NCBI GenBank assembly: GCA_045837725.1
Contig: JBEWZL010000077.1
Coordinates: 558,001 to 622,000 of the forward strand
Origin: Vermamoeba vermiformis
Lineage: Eukaryota
Length of the DNA stretch: 64,000 bases
Reading direction: 5' to 3'
The stretch's first letter is position 1. Every line of letters starts with the position of its first letter. The position numbers and the translations under genes are program-made. The notes beneath the pieces were generated by a model. That model had not been told where the DNA came from and ran no database searches. It was given only the letters and a program-made list of their open reading frames with translations. This document shows positions 37,402-50,500 of this stretch, in pieces.

Positions 37402-40400
37402 ATGGTAAGCTGAGCGTACCTGCGGATGCAAGGCGATCTAACCGATCTTTAGGCCAACAGAACTGAATCTCATGCCTTTCGGCAGTTTCAACCCGTAGAA
37501 TTGTGGGACTATTTCGGTGAACGAGATATCTCCTCAAATGAGTGGGCAGAAGAGAAGGAACGCGAATACGGTTAGTGACCGCTTATTTTTACAAAATCAA
37601 AAATAATTGCTGCAGCAATTTTATGCTCTTGGCAATAAGAATTATTAATGTAAACTATTTATAAAGCCCATATCTAATTTCCTGTAATTTGTTCTGATCA
37701 GGGAAAGGCAAGAGACATTTTTATGACCCTATCGCACCAACCGTTTGCAACGATCGACACGAAATACCTTCGCTATTAAATAAGGCATTATTTGCTGTTT
37801 CAGCAATGCTAAACTCTACAAGCGTCATTTCAACCCAGATTTGTAAGCTCGAACTATTGTTTGCCACGTCCAATCCTCATGTCAATTAGTCAATCAGCTA
37901 CCCAGTAATATTATCGAGAGAATTGTCCCTCAGTTGTCGTTCACGGCGTTGAGGAGATTATACAGCACTAGCTGGCCCGAATATTTGGATGTGTCCAAAT
38001 ATCGAACTTTGCTCGCCTGGTAATATTGAATATAGAATGAATAATACTTAATATTATTGATAGTATTAAGAATGAAGAAGACATCTATCGTTTTTTGTAT
38101 TTTCACAACTCGTCGCATCCGCTACTTCAACACAGTATTACCATGAACGTGCTGGAGAGCCGTGGCCTGCTGATATACGAAGACATACCCAACGATGTAT
38201 ACGATATTTTAACATGTGAGTCACTGACATAGAAGTTTACTGACTAGTAATTAGGACCCTCTAATATGCCGGGCGACCAACAAAGCTGACAAGGGATATC
38301 CTGACTTCAGAGTGGCACGTGGCGATGTTGTGATAGCCGATAAGACCACATTTGAAGAGCGATGGAAGGTACTGCTCGCGATCTTAGCCAAGATCTGAAG
38401 CCTCATTGAGTGACATTTTTGACATAGGTTTACACTCAAGGCATGTTCGCTCACATGGATTGGAGCAATGTGTTTATCGCAGGAGGATCAGTCTTGCATT
38501 GTTTAAGACAAATGAAGCACGGCGCTCGCTTCAAGGATCTCGCCGACTTGTTCAAGAACTTCTACGGCGAGTCCGATATTGATTTGTACATTTATGGATT
38601 AGACGAGGAGGCCACCAAAGCGAAGGTAATTGAATGCTCAGTAGTACTTATGAACATATCTTACCCTCAGTGCAGGTTCTCGACATCTACAATAGCGTGA
38701 ATAAAGTGTTCAAAGAGCTCTACGTGATCAAATCGAAGAACGCGTTCACGTTGTTTGCTGACGGAATGAGACCCCTGCAGGTTATAGCGACGTAAGTATC
38801 ATGGAGCAAATCGATCTTTCCCTTCATTATACACATACATTAGTCAGAGACTGATTATTCGACTTAAGGATGTACAAATCCGTGGACGAAATTTTGCTCA
38901 GTTTTGATTTGGGATGCATTATGGGTACGTACTTTATGGAGAGATTAACGAGTACTTACCTTATTTGGTAGTGGGCTACAATGGCAAGGATGTGTTGTGC
39001 TTGCCGAGGTTTTTGGTCTCCATGAAGTACATGACCAATCACCTCGATAGCGACATGAACTTGTCAAACAAACTTCAGTGGTTCAGACTGCAAAAATACG
39101 CAATCAGAGGATTCAACAGCGCGTTGCCCACGTCATTCAGATTTCACGGACTCAACGGATTTGGTACGACTAGGCTCAAGATCTGTTGCTTAATTGAGCC
39201 AAATGTAAGCGGTTCAGTGAAAAGCTAACGGTCTTGTTATACCACAGACAAAGCGTTTCCGAGCCCCGAAGATATTCGTACACTCAATGTTGACACTTCG
39301 CTGAAGAAGGTCGTTGAAATTATGTCGCTGAGCAAGATGTCGTTGTTAGAGAAGACTCTTCCACAATTCTGGATGAATTTTCCGTACTTGTGGAGCATCA
39401 GGTGGCATCAAGGGTACGAAAGTACATAGCAATATCCTTCGTCTTGCTAACCTAATATAGTTTTTCGTTCAATTTATCGCGTTCATCGTTGGATGAAGAG
39501 CGGGCATTGGAAAATTGGGGCGTTGATGACGTCACCGGCGAGCTCAGAAATCTCGAGTTACATCATTTGACTAGCGAACAAGTGGGTTCTTTTTGGGTAA
39601 GTGTATTATTGCCAAAATTGGATGTTTGTTTATTTTGAAATTTCAGTTGGAACCTCCTGCGTACCCTGACACCGTGCCTGTGTGGACAATGGGCGCTCAC
39701 CCTGAATACCACAAAGCTGCTGATGCGTACAAATAGTAAGCGACAATTCTTTTTTATTACGAGTGTAACTTACTTGATTTTTTAAAGCGGTGAAGGAGAC
39801 AAAGCCGATAGCGCAGCATCTTTGAATACGTTGCTCAAGGAGTTTGAGATCACTTCCTTCACTGAAAGTGAGTTTTTTGTCACTTCAAAAGTTATTTTAA
39901 CTTGAGGTCTCTACCTAGGTATACTGCAATGTTATTACCTCGATTCGATCGTCGAATGTAAAACCTGCAATAGAACGACGCAAGTTAACAACGATCAAAA
40001 CCCGTATCGCTGTACGTAATACATTTTAGATTTTTCACCGGATCTGATCGATTTCCTTTCATGAACCAGTGATGAACAGTTCACTATCGACCATTGATTA
40101 CGTGGTTGAAAGAGGCGAGTTTGAGTTGTGCAACTTGACGCACTCGACGGTTGGCACTATTGAAAGTGAAGTGCTGTCATTGGGTGGATCTTATTGGTAC
40201 GGCTAATAGACAAAAAGTACTCGTATGAATTAATTAACCGTCGATCCACAACAGGAGAGTCACGTTGGAGATTCCCAAAAAAGGAGATCTGCTCTGGTTG
40301 AAATTGCGGAAGCTAAACGACGTAGTTGGTAAGTACCAATTGTATCACAGACATATTATCTATCACAGTCTAATATTTAATGCATTTAGATACCGAAGCT

Positions 40401-40764
40401 AAGAAGCAGCTCAAATATTATTTCTTGAATTTTGTGCTGACTTTAAAAAGCACAAAGAAGAAAGCGGAACGTTACGACATGCATTTTGGTAAGATCACAA
40501 GTTCGCATAATTATAATTGTTTATTAACATTATGTAGATGGCTCGTTCATTTTCAAAAACGAAGAAGGCCTTGACACCTGGAAGACGTTTATTTATCGTC
40601 CGTACGTGTTCAAGCCGACCGAGTTTGATATTGATCCGCTTGACATGCCCCGCCTTGTCGGCAATCTGGTCCAATCTGACATCAGTTTTTTGCACGGTGG
40701 TTCCATTGTGGGCAAATTAACGATGCAATTTCACGCTCCAAGACTAGAAGTCATTAATATTTAA
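37402..40764 (+). CDS. F-box and Pol-beta-superfamily nucleotidyltransferase-like protein with CxxC-containing C-terminal extension
   Basis: Proposed ATG-only first exon at 37402; FNQLPSNIIERIVPQLSFTALRRLYSTS (F-box-like, ~37890-37975); DWSNVFIAGGSV..ESDIDLYIYG, LQVI, ILLSFD, VGYNG, RLQKYAIRGF and QVGSF; CKTC at ~39957-39968; stop at 40762-40764. Confidence 0.65.
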
Positions 40765-40779
40765 AGACGAAATACTCTT

Positions 40780-42520
40780 TTAATCATCGATAATGTACAA
40801 ATATGTCAATTTTTTTTGGAGCTCTTCCTTTGGTACTCGTTTGCATATAAAGTTGTCCATCCTACATTCTTCTGTTGTTTGATAATAAATTGCTTGCAGA
40901 TTGGTCAAGGAGGTTATAAAATCACAACTCGCGCTTTCATTAGCATCTGATAGGAGCGAAAAAGCGAGATACTTCAGTTTTGTTAATGCAGTCAAACATT
41001 GAATGTCTTCGTCGCTACCTCTTGCGGAAAGGGTACACAGGTCCTCCAGCGTTGTGAGTTGTGCGATGATTGGCCACTCTTTCGGCGTAGCATAATACAA
41101 CTTCAGGCTTTCTAAGCTGGTCAATCGTGTTAAGAAACTGCAATCCACGTGTTCATCGACCATTGCCCAGAGATTCGTCAATTTTGGCGGCAAGTAGCAG
41201 TTCTCGGGCATTCGCTGTTCGCAGCGCAAATCTTCCAAATTAGGAAGGTGATGCAGTACGCCACTTTCCCAAAGAGCAGAGCCTGTGTGATGCAGTGGAT
41301 AAGAGCATCTTAGTGACTTCAACTTAGTCAATCTTGCCAGTGTGCAAATTTGTTCAGTTGTCGGTGTCTCCAGCACCAATGATGTGAGGTTGGTTACGTC
41401 TGTCAAAATATCATCCGAAAGGCCATGTTGCAAGTACAAGCGCTCCAAATTAGTCAGGTGCTCGATATGATGCTTTTCCGTGTAGCGTAGATTAGGGCTG
41501 AGTGAAATCAAGCTCGTTGGAAATCGCTTCAAAATATCAGCTGACATCCAATGGAATTCGCACACTACGGTCTCCAACGAGGTCAGCGCTGTTAATGTCT
41601 GACTGTCATCTAATTCAAGATTACTTTGGCAAGTCCAACAAAATGTCTTCAAGCGCTGAAGCAATTGAATATTTTTCGGGAATGATTTTGTCGTAAGTTC
41701 CAAAAAAGTGAGTCGCGTGTGGTATGCGAGGTCAATGTCTGCTGTGGCACCAATACTCAATGATTCCAGAGCTGTTAGTGTCTTTATGTATTCAAATGTC
41801 TCCCAATTCGAACAGAAGTCGTACGTGAGTTGTTTCAAGTTGACGCATTGTGCAATTTTGTTGACCAAGTTAGTCTCGTCATCTAAGAATCCATAAACAG
41901 ATAGGAACGTTAATTTGCTTGGGTGCAACAGCCAATCAAAATTGCCGTTGTCTGAATCAGCGGTATACAACAAACATTCCAACTGTCGCAACACTGTCAG
42001 TTCTCTTGCCTCCGAGTCCAATAAGTCATCCATTTGAATTCGCTTGATGTTTGTTAAACTTTTGAGTAAATCATATGGTGGACTTGTCGCTAGAAGTGAC
42101 GTCAGATTTGTCAAGCTTGTGAGTGACATCCAAGCGGGATGTGAGACCGAGCCTTGAAAGTTTAGAGAGACTAAATTCGTGAGGCCTGACAATGCTGGAA
42201 CCATTGCATCTGTTTTAGCGATTATTTTTCTGAACTGCAGGTGCAACGGGTGATTGTATCGAGCTAGCCTGCCCAGAAGTGGCAAATCTGCTGGTCGTGT
42301 AAAATATAAATTAAATTTGCTGTATTTTATCGTATTCAGCCATTTAGTGTTGACTGCTCGCAGAGTGCGCAATGATTTATCGTCATTATTTAGAAATAAA
42401 CTAATTATTTTGTGGAGTTCTTCTGGCAGGTCATCGAGTTTCTTAATAGACGAAGATATTAAATTAACTAATTGCGAAATTATAAATTATAACTGAACAT
42501 ACCGTAGTGGTAATTTCCAT
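40780..42520 (-). CDS. F-box / LRR protein
   Basis: MEITTT|KLDDLPEELHKIISLFL..LRTLRAVNTKW (F-box), then about 500 aa of LTNLxSL repeats in one exon. Confidence 0.85.
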
Positions 42521-42701
42521 TGCGATTGCGAACTCAAATCCGAACTTATGATAAATCTCTTGGTGGCACCAAAGTCTAGAATTCGCTAATTTGCAAAAAA
42601 GCAAAACTCTTGGTTGTTCTTCCTTGCTATGATGGCGAGAAAACAATTTTTAAAGATTCTGTGGTTATTTTTTGACCAAAATGTGGATCGAGATTTTATT
42701 G

Positions 42702-43551
42702 TTAGGAAAGGTTAACTTTTCTTTGTTGAAGCATTTTAACAAGCACATATCCAGCCAAAGAACTGTAAATATGTTTCATGGTGTGGCCGCTCAGAGTATG
42801 TAAATCCAAAGTGAAAATGACACGATCCAGCGACTCGCACACTTTGGCTATCCCATAAAGCAGTGCTACTCCCTCGTAGTACATCGAATGAGTGTACTTA
42901 GATTTTAATAGCAGCGGAGTTGCAGCTACGAACCAAGCAGATAGCATCTGCGCGACGCTAAACCACCGGAGATCGTCGAACAGGTACCAGTACAAGGCAC
43001 TTCCACCATTTAATAGCAATGCGGGTATGAATGATAGACCACCTGCACGCGGACTGATGCACTCGTATAACACTGTTGAGATCAGCTGTTTTTAAAATTG
43101 ATTAGAAATTTCGGATCAACTTTACCCTGCCGCAATCTTAATGCGATGATCAATTACTTACGGGTGCAAACGCAATTGCCATGGGTAATCGATCGAATAT
43201 CAAAGTGCTGTTGTTTGGAATCAAGTGGTAAAAGCCCGATCCAAAACAGGTCGCAATCATTCCCGCGAAGGCCGTGAGCCACATGATTTTCTGCTGTTTA
43301 GGTACGCTGTTTTGCTTGTTATTTTGAATTTCTCGCAGTCCCATTAGTCCGAAGAGTAAGAAAGGCAGGTTGGAGATCACATCCATTGTGTTTGGAATGA
43401 GCGGCAGAAGTATGCGTTTGTCTGCAAAGTCATGATACGAATGTGGTTGTGGTATTTTAGGCAGGAAGTGCGCGATTATCGGCAATACGATCGTTGGAGC
43501 AAATAGAATTGCTGTTCGGATCAGAGCAGATTTGTTTGCTTTTGTTGTCAT
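42702..43551 (-). CDS. Alkaline phytoceramidase-like membrane hydrolase (CREST superfamily)
   Basis: YHDFADKR, PNTMDVISNLPF, GSGFYH, DRLPM and SGHTMKH; multiple hydrophobic segments; one intron. Confidence 0.8.
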
Positions 43552-43728
43552 CTCTGTAATAAATAATAATTAATAAGATTTCATTATCTAAGGTGCAATA
43601 TCTTCCTAACGCGCTTCAATTTCCAAAAAATAGAGGATCTGAACGACATTTCATTCGGCAAAAACACAATGATTTAAAGATAGCGCAGCATCTTCAATCA
43701 CCTAATACTTACCAATAGAACAACACAA

Positions 43729-44993
43729 ATGGTGCAACACAAGCCAATCGATCAACAGGTCGTCGTAATCATCGGTGCCTCAAGTGGCATCGGCAAAGTG
43801 ACAGCAATGGAGTTTGGTGCCAAAGGAGCCAAGTTAGTCATTGCAGATAGATCCAGAGCAGGATTGGAGGCCACTTCTAGCGAGATTATGAGCAGAGGTG
43901 GTCAGGTCGTATGGGTGGTTGCGGATGTGACTTCGACAGAACAAGTAAGAAAATTATTCTTGATAAATCGTATAATTATGGCTAATAGAACTAATTATAA
44001 TAAGATGCGCGAAGTGGCCCAAAAAGCAATTGAGACTTACGGTAGGATCGACACGTGGGTCCACAATTCAGGTCAGGAAATCTTAATGCTTTCTCTTCCT
44101 CGTCTAACTACAGTTCATTTTCTAGGCGTGGCTATGTTTGGCCACTTCGAAGACATTACTCCCGACGAGTTGCGCAGAACAATTGAAGTCAACACGCTCG
44201 GTGTGGCCAATGGCTGTTGGGCTGCCTTGCCCCATTTGAAAGTCAACGGCGGTGGTCTCATTATTGTCTCGTCACTCATGGGACAAGTGCCGCTGGCGTT
44301 AATGTCGAGTTGCTGCGCTTCAAAGTATGCTACTGTCGGGTTAGTGGACTGCTTGCGCATGGAGCTCAAACAGACGTACCCGAATGTCACCGTCACGAAC
44401 ATCTTGCCTGGTGCAATTGACACGCCATGCTACGACGTGTGCAAGTCTAAATTGCCTTCTGGTATGGAGACTGATGAAATTCCCTTCAATCTTCTTCGTT
44501 CTAACGAGGTATAAGCTAAATATGTTGCTGCTCTTCCACGTTACAACCCCAAGATTGCAGCCGAGACTATTCTTCGCGCGGCAGTCTATCCTGAGCGAGA
44601 AATCTATGTTGGAACGGTTGGTAAGAAACTAAAGTCTGGAGCGGAAATGGTACTTTGTATCTAACCTTGATGATAGCTTGGGTCTTGGCCACTTTGCATC
44701 GACTTTTCCCCAATGTCTGCGACTTCATTACACGACAGATGAGCTTCAGAATTTGGAGAATGGATCCAGGTGCCACGCAAGACGACAACATGAATCACCC
44801 GTGTGAACATCATAACAATATCACGGGCAGCTTGGAGAAGAAGTACACATTGAACTTCAGTCTGTACAATACGATCAAGAAGTATCAGGGCATGGCTATG
44901 CATTCCATCGGCAATTCAATGAGCTGGTTCACAAGTAAATTGCCTCGCGGTCAAGCAACACAACAACCCGCTGTGCAAAAGAAGACTCAGTAA
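43729..44993 (+). CDS. Short-chain dehydrogenase/reductase (Cys at the catalytic Tyr position)
   Basis: VVVIIGASSGIG, ADVT, GRIDTWVHNSG, EVNTLG, SSCCASKYA and ILPGAIDTP. Confidence 0.85.
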
Positions 44994-45054
44994 GCCAACG
45001 GAGCATGTTTGATTCGTACCTTTTGCGAGCAATAAATAGGTATTTACATATTTA

Positions 45055-46654
45055 TTATATATCATCATCGTCAAACATTGGAAAATTGACGAGCAGTCCG
45101 TCAGACTCGTCCGTAGGAATCAAATATCTGATAAGGGTTAAAAAACCTAAGCGAGTTAATCGATTAAAATACGTACTGTGGGTCATTCCAAAACGAAGCA
45201 GATTGCTTGACTTTGTAATGTTGTTCTTTTTGCAAGTGTTGCCTCAGCGTGTCTATGGTATCAAAGTGTTCTTGGCAATACACGCAACAATTATCCGACA
45301 TCTACAAATTCGAGTTAGCTTCCAGCAGGTTTACGGTGAGGCCACTTACTTGTTTTCGCACGTAGTTGATCAGTTTGATACAGTTGTAAAAGTCGAGCTC
45401 TAAGTAATGAAGTTAGGATTCATGATGGGAATAGCTATAGCGAGCACGTACTCCACTCAGCTTTCATATTGATGATATCGAAGTTATGCTCGCCTTTCAT
45501 GTGCTCGAAGGCTGCATTGATGTTGGTGAGCTTCGTCTGACAAAACAAGCAGTCGCACTCTTCGTTCTCTTCGGAGGTCCAATCACCCCACTCTGCGTCG
45601 CCATCTTGATCTTCGTATTCATCCCCAGTAGTCGATTGTCTATAAGTTATGTTAGCTCACAGTTGAAGAGTAGAACTACACCTACGAGGTTGCGTCGTCG
45701 ATCTGATCGATTTCTTTTCGCAGCTCTTGCCATGTCTTATCGGGCTCCAAATAATTGACGAGATAAAATCGATCGTAAAATCTATTCTTAGAGTTAATCT
45801 TCAAATGTTTCTTCTTTCTAATGTGTTCTTTCAGCACACGTTGATCTTTAAATATTTTCTCGCAATAGATGCACTGCAAGCTGAACGAATGATTAGTTTA
45901 ATGATAGATGGCAGTTGTTAATAGACCTTACTTGTCTAGTTTTTCCTTCAAAATATCTAGCAGCTCATTGACGTGGACCATGTTTTCGGGGGATCCGATG
46001 TTGAAATGGTGCGTGTTGTACATGTGCTGGAACAACTCTCGTCTAAAAACACCGTGAGCATATTACAGGCTAATAGTCCTATAAGCTCCGTACCTATTGC
46101 CTTTGAAGATTGTTACACAAAATAAGCATTTGCGTTCAAAAGAGGGATCTTCGCGTTCCCGTTGTTGCTCCTCAACTAAATCATGCTGTAAAAGATTAAT
46201 ACCGTTATGAACATTTTCCGTGAACTCTTACTAGAATAGCCAAGCGAACTTGTTTTCTAACCTCTTCATCGCTGTCTTGGTTCGCAAGTTCGAAAAGATC
46301 TGATCCACAAAAAATGTCTGCATTAATTTACATGATAATGCGTTAGGCATATTACCTCCATTTTTGTGCGAATATTCGTGCAAGTTTTGAATGGTGGGCG
46401 CCTTCTCTTTCCAAAAATTTAAATATCTAACAAAAAAAATCAATTTAAAATCACGAGGGAATTTGTTAGCCTCTAATCACGCACCTTTCTATGTCTAGTA
46501 TCGAGTTGATATCTTTTATTCGTAGCTGGTGTTTGGCAATAAAATGTTGGTTTGGATCTTCTAAATATTCCAAGCAGTAAGGGCACCGCAGCTCGCGCTG
46601 CCCTAAAATGTTTCCATTGTTGGTATTACTATTGATTGTTGGCAGCGGCTCCAT
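45055..46654 (-). CDS. ZNF277: ZNF277-like C2H2 zinc-finger protein
   Basis: CLFCVTIFKG..HMYNTHHFNIG.P.NMV; QCIYCEKIFKD..LKEHIRKKKH..N..YDRFYLVNYLEP.KTW; HDFDII..YNCIKLINYVR; YLIPT. Confidence 0.8.
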
Positions 46655-46849
46655 TGTGTTGGTGTTGTTTGGATCTGCAGAAACGTCACAGGCTTTTCCC
46701 GCCTTGCTGTCTTATGTATTAGCAGCATAGACAACTACAATTATAATTAAGCGATAAAATTTGAGTAATAGCGTGTGCTTTAATTTGGTTATTTACAGTC
46801 GATATTTAGATCTTCAGCCATTAAAATGATTTGGCTGGTGATTGATAAT

Positions 46850-47392
46850 TTAATAGCCATTTACATTAACGTAGCTTTGCACGTAAGGGTGGCGATGACG
46901 CCGTGGTGCTGTCACGCTGCGAGGAACACCATCTCTAACACTAGATACGTAACGGGTTGTTGGGTGGTTGTAATATGTGGAAGTGACTCGGCCTAGATAA
47001 TATTATTAGTAAATTAAATTATGTAAGGCCATTGATAAATATTTCTTTTTTTAGAAACGATTTTCGCTACCTGATTCAATTTCGGTTGTGTATCTTGGAC
47101 CTTCTCTCTTGGCAGGGCGATAGCCGTAAGAAGTAACCGTTGGTGGTACGACAGGATGGTAGCTTGACGAAACAGTAGATTGGCCCCTTATTAAATAAAA
47201 ATATTTTAATCCAGCATCATTAATTATTATCTAATCTTGCTCGCTTGCTGTATCAAAATATACACGCAAATTAAATAGCCAATAAATTCGCCCTTTAAAT
47301 TGCTATCTTGGGACTTACAAGTTTGTGCTCTTCCAACTAGCAGATTTGGTAGTTCGTCGTGCTTTAATAGCGTCTCCCGCAATATAGCTCAT
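46850..47392 (-). CDS. Small (110 aa) basic S/T/Y/R-rich protein, 3 exons, absent from the ORF track
   Basis: Exons 47392-47319, 47186-47071 and 46992-46850 with GT..AG introns splice in frame: MSYIAGDAIKARRTTKSASWKSTNLGQSTVSSSYHPVVPP...RRHRHPYVQSYVNVNGY*. Confidence 0.6.
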
Positions 47393-47533
47393 GTTCAATG
47401 CTTGTTGTGGTGTGTAGTTATAGTCTTGTTGAAAAAAAAGTTGCCTTAGATACGACAAGATATTCGAGCAGAAATTTCGTAACGCCGAACGTTTTTAGTT
47501 TATTTAAAACAGCTAGGCTAACCTAAGTTATTC

Positions 47534-50500
47534 TTACAACTTGTAGAATATGGCGTTTTGTTGCACCACAACATAACGGTCTTTAGTCATTTGCTCAAGC
47601 AAGGCCAAGAACTCAGGGCGCCACACAGCCTTCTCATTCTCGTAGATCTTGAGTTGATTGGCGTGATAGACCAGCACCGAGTATGCAAGGGTGGCGTGCA
47701 AGTTGTGCATGACCTCGTCAGGTAAGGTCTCGGTTTGGTTAGGGTGCTTGAGGTGGATGTACTTGTCGTCGAGGAGCTGCTGAACGAAGTACTTGATTTG
47801 ATTAGCGCGCGTGGCGTGGGTAACATCCTTGCGGCTCATCATGGACGAGAAGGAGCGGTAGACAATGTTGTAGGCAGTGTCCTCAAATCCTTTAATGTCA
47901 TCTAAAAGTCGGTCAGTAAACAGGTCCATTTAGGTGGAAGTGCAACTTACTGCAGGTGGAGAACTTCCAGTTGATCACTTGCATCATCAACTTCAGGTTG
48001 TTGGCGAAGAACTCGTCGATTGTTGCTGATGTAAACACGTAGATCATCGTGTCGAGGTAGAGCTGAACAACCATTGGAGAAAGATTCTTGGCAGGCATCA
48101 CCAATTCGTTTTTGGTCAACGTAACCTTGCTAGTCGCAGAGTTCAGAGTGTCGAGTTCAAGAGCGACCAAGTGGAGCAAGATTTTCTCGCGGTTCGTATT
48201 GTTCTGCACGGCTTGGTACACGGCATTTTTACCGCGACCTTCAACGACTTCGTTGTGCAACATCTTGCCCCAGTATTTATACAAAGCACCAAGGCGTTGG
48301 CTGTAAAAGTGCTTCATTACGTCTGTGTAGATGGCATCCGCAACCGAGCGTTCGGTGTTTCTCTTGTTCATGGACTCAATTCCTTTCTCGACGAATTGAT
48401 GAATCATTACAGCAGAACCGGACTTGTGGCAATACTCTGCGTCGATGATGGAGGTTACGGTAGACTTAATGCTCTCCCATCGAGCCCAGCTAATTCTATT
48501 GACGAGACCGTGCAACCACTCGGCTACACCAGTGATTGGAGATGCGTCTTTAATCCACGATGCCAAAGAAGAGCTGATTATCATTATATCAACTTGCTCA
48601 GTGTAGGCCTTTGTCTTGCTGATGGGTTCATTGTTGAATGAGCCGTTGATCATAGACTGCACAACTGCCTTATTGGGTGAGATGTAGAGGCCGCTATCCT
48701 TGTCTGGGTTAACAGCCAAGTAGGCCATAACTTCATGAAGAAGTGCCTTTTGTTTAACAGTGTCGTCAGACGGGCACTGAGCAATCTTGCGATTCATCAT
48801 GGTGAGGAAGTGTTGATGAGGCAAGGCTTTGAGTGGAGCAAACAAGGCATCTTCAGTTGCTTTATCGAAGAATCCCAACGCAATGGCATTTGAGGGAATG
48901 AGTGCGTAAGTCTCCTTGATGATGGCCAGCAAGTCGCAACGTAAACTGCGTTCTTCAGTAGGTAGAGCAAGCAACTTCTTAACGAGATCGTCCAAGAACG
49001 AAGTGGCATAGCTCAACTTTGCGGCGACTCCTTCTTTGGCCAAACGAGTAACCGAGCAAGCCTTGAACAAGGTTACAACGGCCTCTTTCCATCTTCGGTT
49101 GAGGATTTGGTTGCTGAAGGACTTGATATCGAACTCGGTCAAGAACTTATGGACCAATTGTGCGGTCTCGTCTTGAATGCCATACTTGTACCAGACTTGC
49201 AAGAAGAATGTGGCCAAGGCCTTGATGTCATCGTCAGTTGCTTCTTGGGCAAGCTTCAACACGATGCTCTTGGCAAAGCGGGGAGCGTATTGCTTGGGAA
49301 TGGGCGTCTTCTTAAGCTTGGCCAAGTACTCGCGGATGCGGGGTCTGGCGGACAATTGCTGTGCTTGTTTGCCAAGTGCTCCAGCTTGCTGGGGTGTACC
49401 CAACAGAGCTGCCAAGAATTCAGTGTTCTGAATGGTAACGGCAACATCGAGCAACTCCCAAGCGACATCACCAAATCTATCATTTTGCAACAACTGAAGA
49501 CCAAGTTGAAGCATGGTGATGCGGACGTCGCGGTGCAAGTCCTTGCGCTTCCACTCTCTTACGAGAATGGCCAAGTTCTCAGGGATGGGTTGTGCCATCA
49601 GCAAGCGCACGATTTGCTTGTAGGTGGTAATCTTCAACAGATTGCGACGCTTTCCAGTGAGCATTAAGTCGACAGTGCGTGTTAAGGCGCCTTCTTGCAT
49701 GTGAGGAACGCATGAGCTGGCAGCGTAGATTGCAGTGCGCGATCTGTCGCTGTTCAAGAACTTGGGCGAGAACAGGAAGTGCAATGGGGAAGTGGGTTCA
49801 TCACTCTTGGTGACACCACGTAAAAGAGCCTCAACGACGTTGACAGGCAATGCCTTGCGCACGATCTGACCTTCGACTTCAGATGCCTTTTCGTAAGTCT
49901 CCAAGGCGCGGACAACATCAGCGTAAGTAGTTGTCGGCAGCAAAGTCCAACGGATGGCCGCTTGCACTCGCTCAGGAATTGAGCGATTGACGTTCAACAT
50001 TTTAGCGAAGAGTTGCTTGTCCAACACAAGGGTTTGTCTAGGTAACAAGTGCATCAAGCCATAGCAGCAAGTGAGGATGAACAAGTCAGCGTGATCTCCG
50101 TCCACCATATCCAATTTCATCATCTCGTTCTGCTGTTGTTCGTCTTCAACAGCTTCTTGCTCGCGAGTGAGGGCCTTGCCTTCCTTCTTGTTATTTCTGT
50201 TAGGAGCACGTGACAGACGACCTCCTCTAGCCTTCGCGGCTCTGCCACCTCTGGCGGGACGGGCTCTACCACCGCGACCTCTGGCGCGACCTCTGGCACT
50301 GCGTTGCGCCTTTCTGTTAACCAAAGCGGGGCCTTTGTTTCTTTCTTCCGCAGACACGTAGAAAACACCTCGGAAGGCGTCGGGAGTCAAGTATTTGTCA
50401 AGCAAGTCTTGACGACGGGTGACCAAGTGGCGCCAAACGAATTTAATGTGAATGGCAGAAGGAGAGATTGCCAATAACTTCAAGACGAGAGCCTCTCGGT

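Noticed and set aside
37785-37905. GC-AG intron plus 7-nt microexon model in the NTase gene
   Set aside because: A simpler GT-AG model (acceptor at ~37889) keeps the frame and yields an F-box-like sequence.
47903-47954. Apparent frameshift between ORFs 47913-51593 and 47534-47929
   Set aside because: Explained by a canonical GTAAGT..CTGAC..TTTAG intron.
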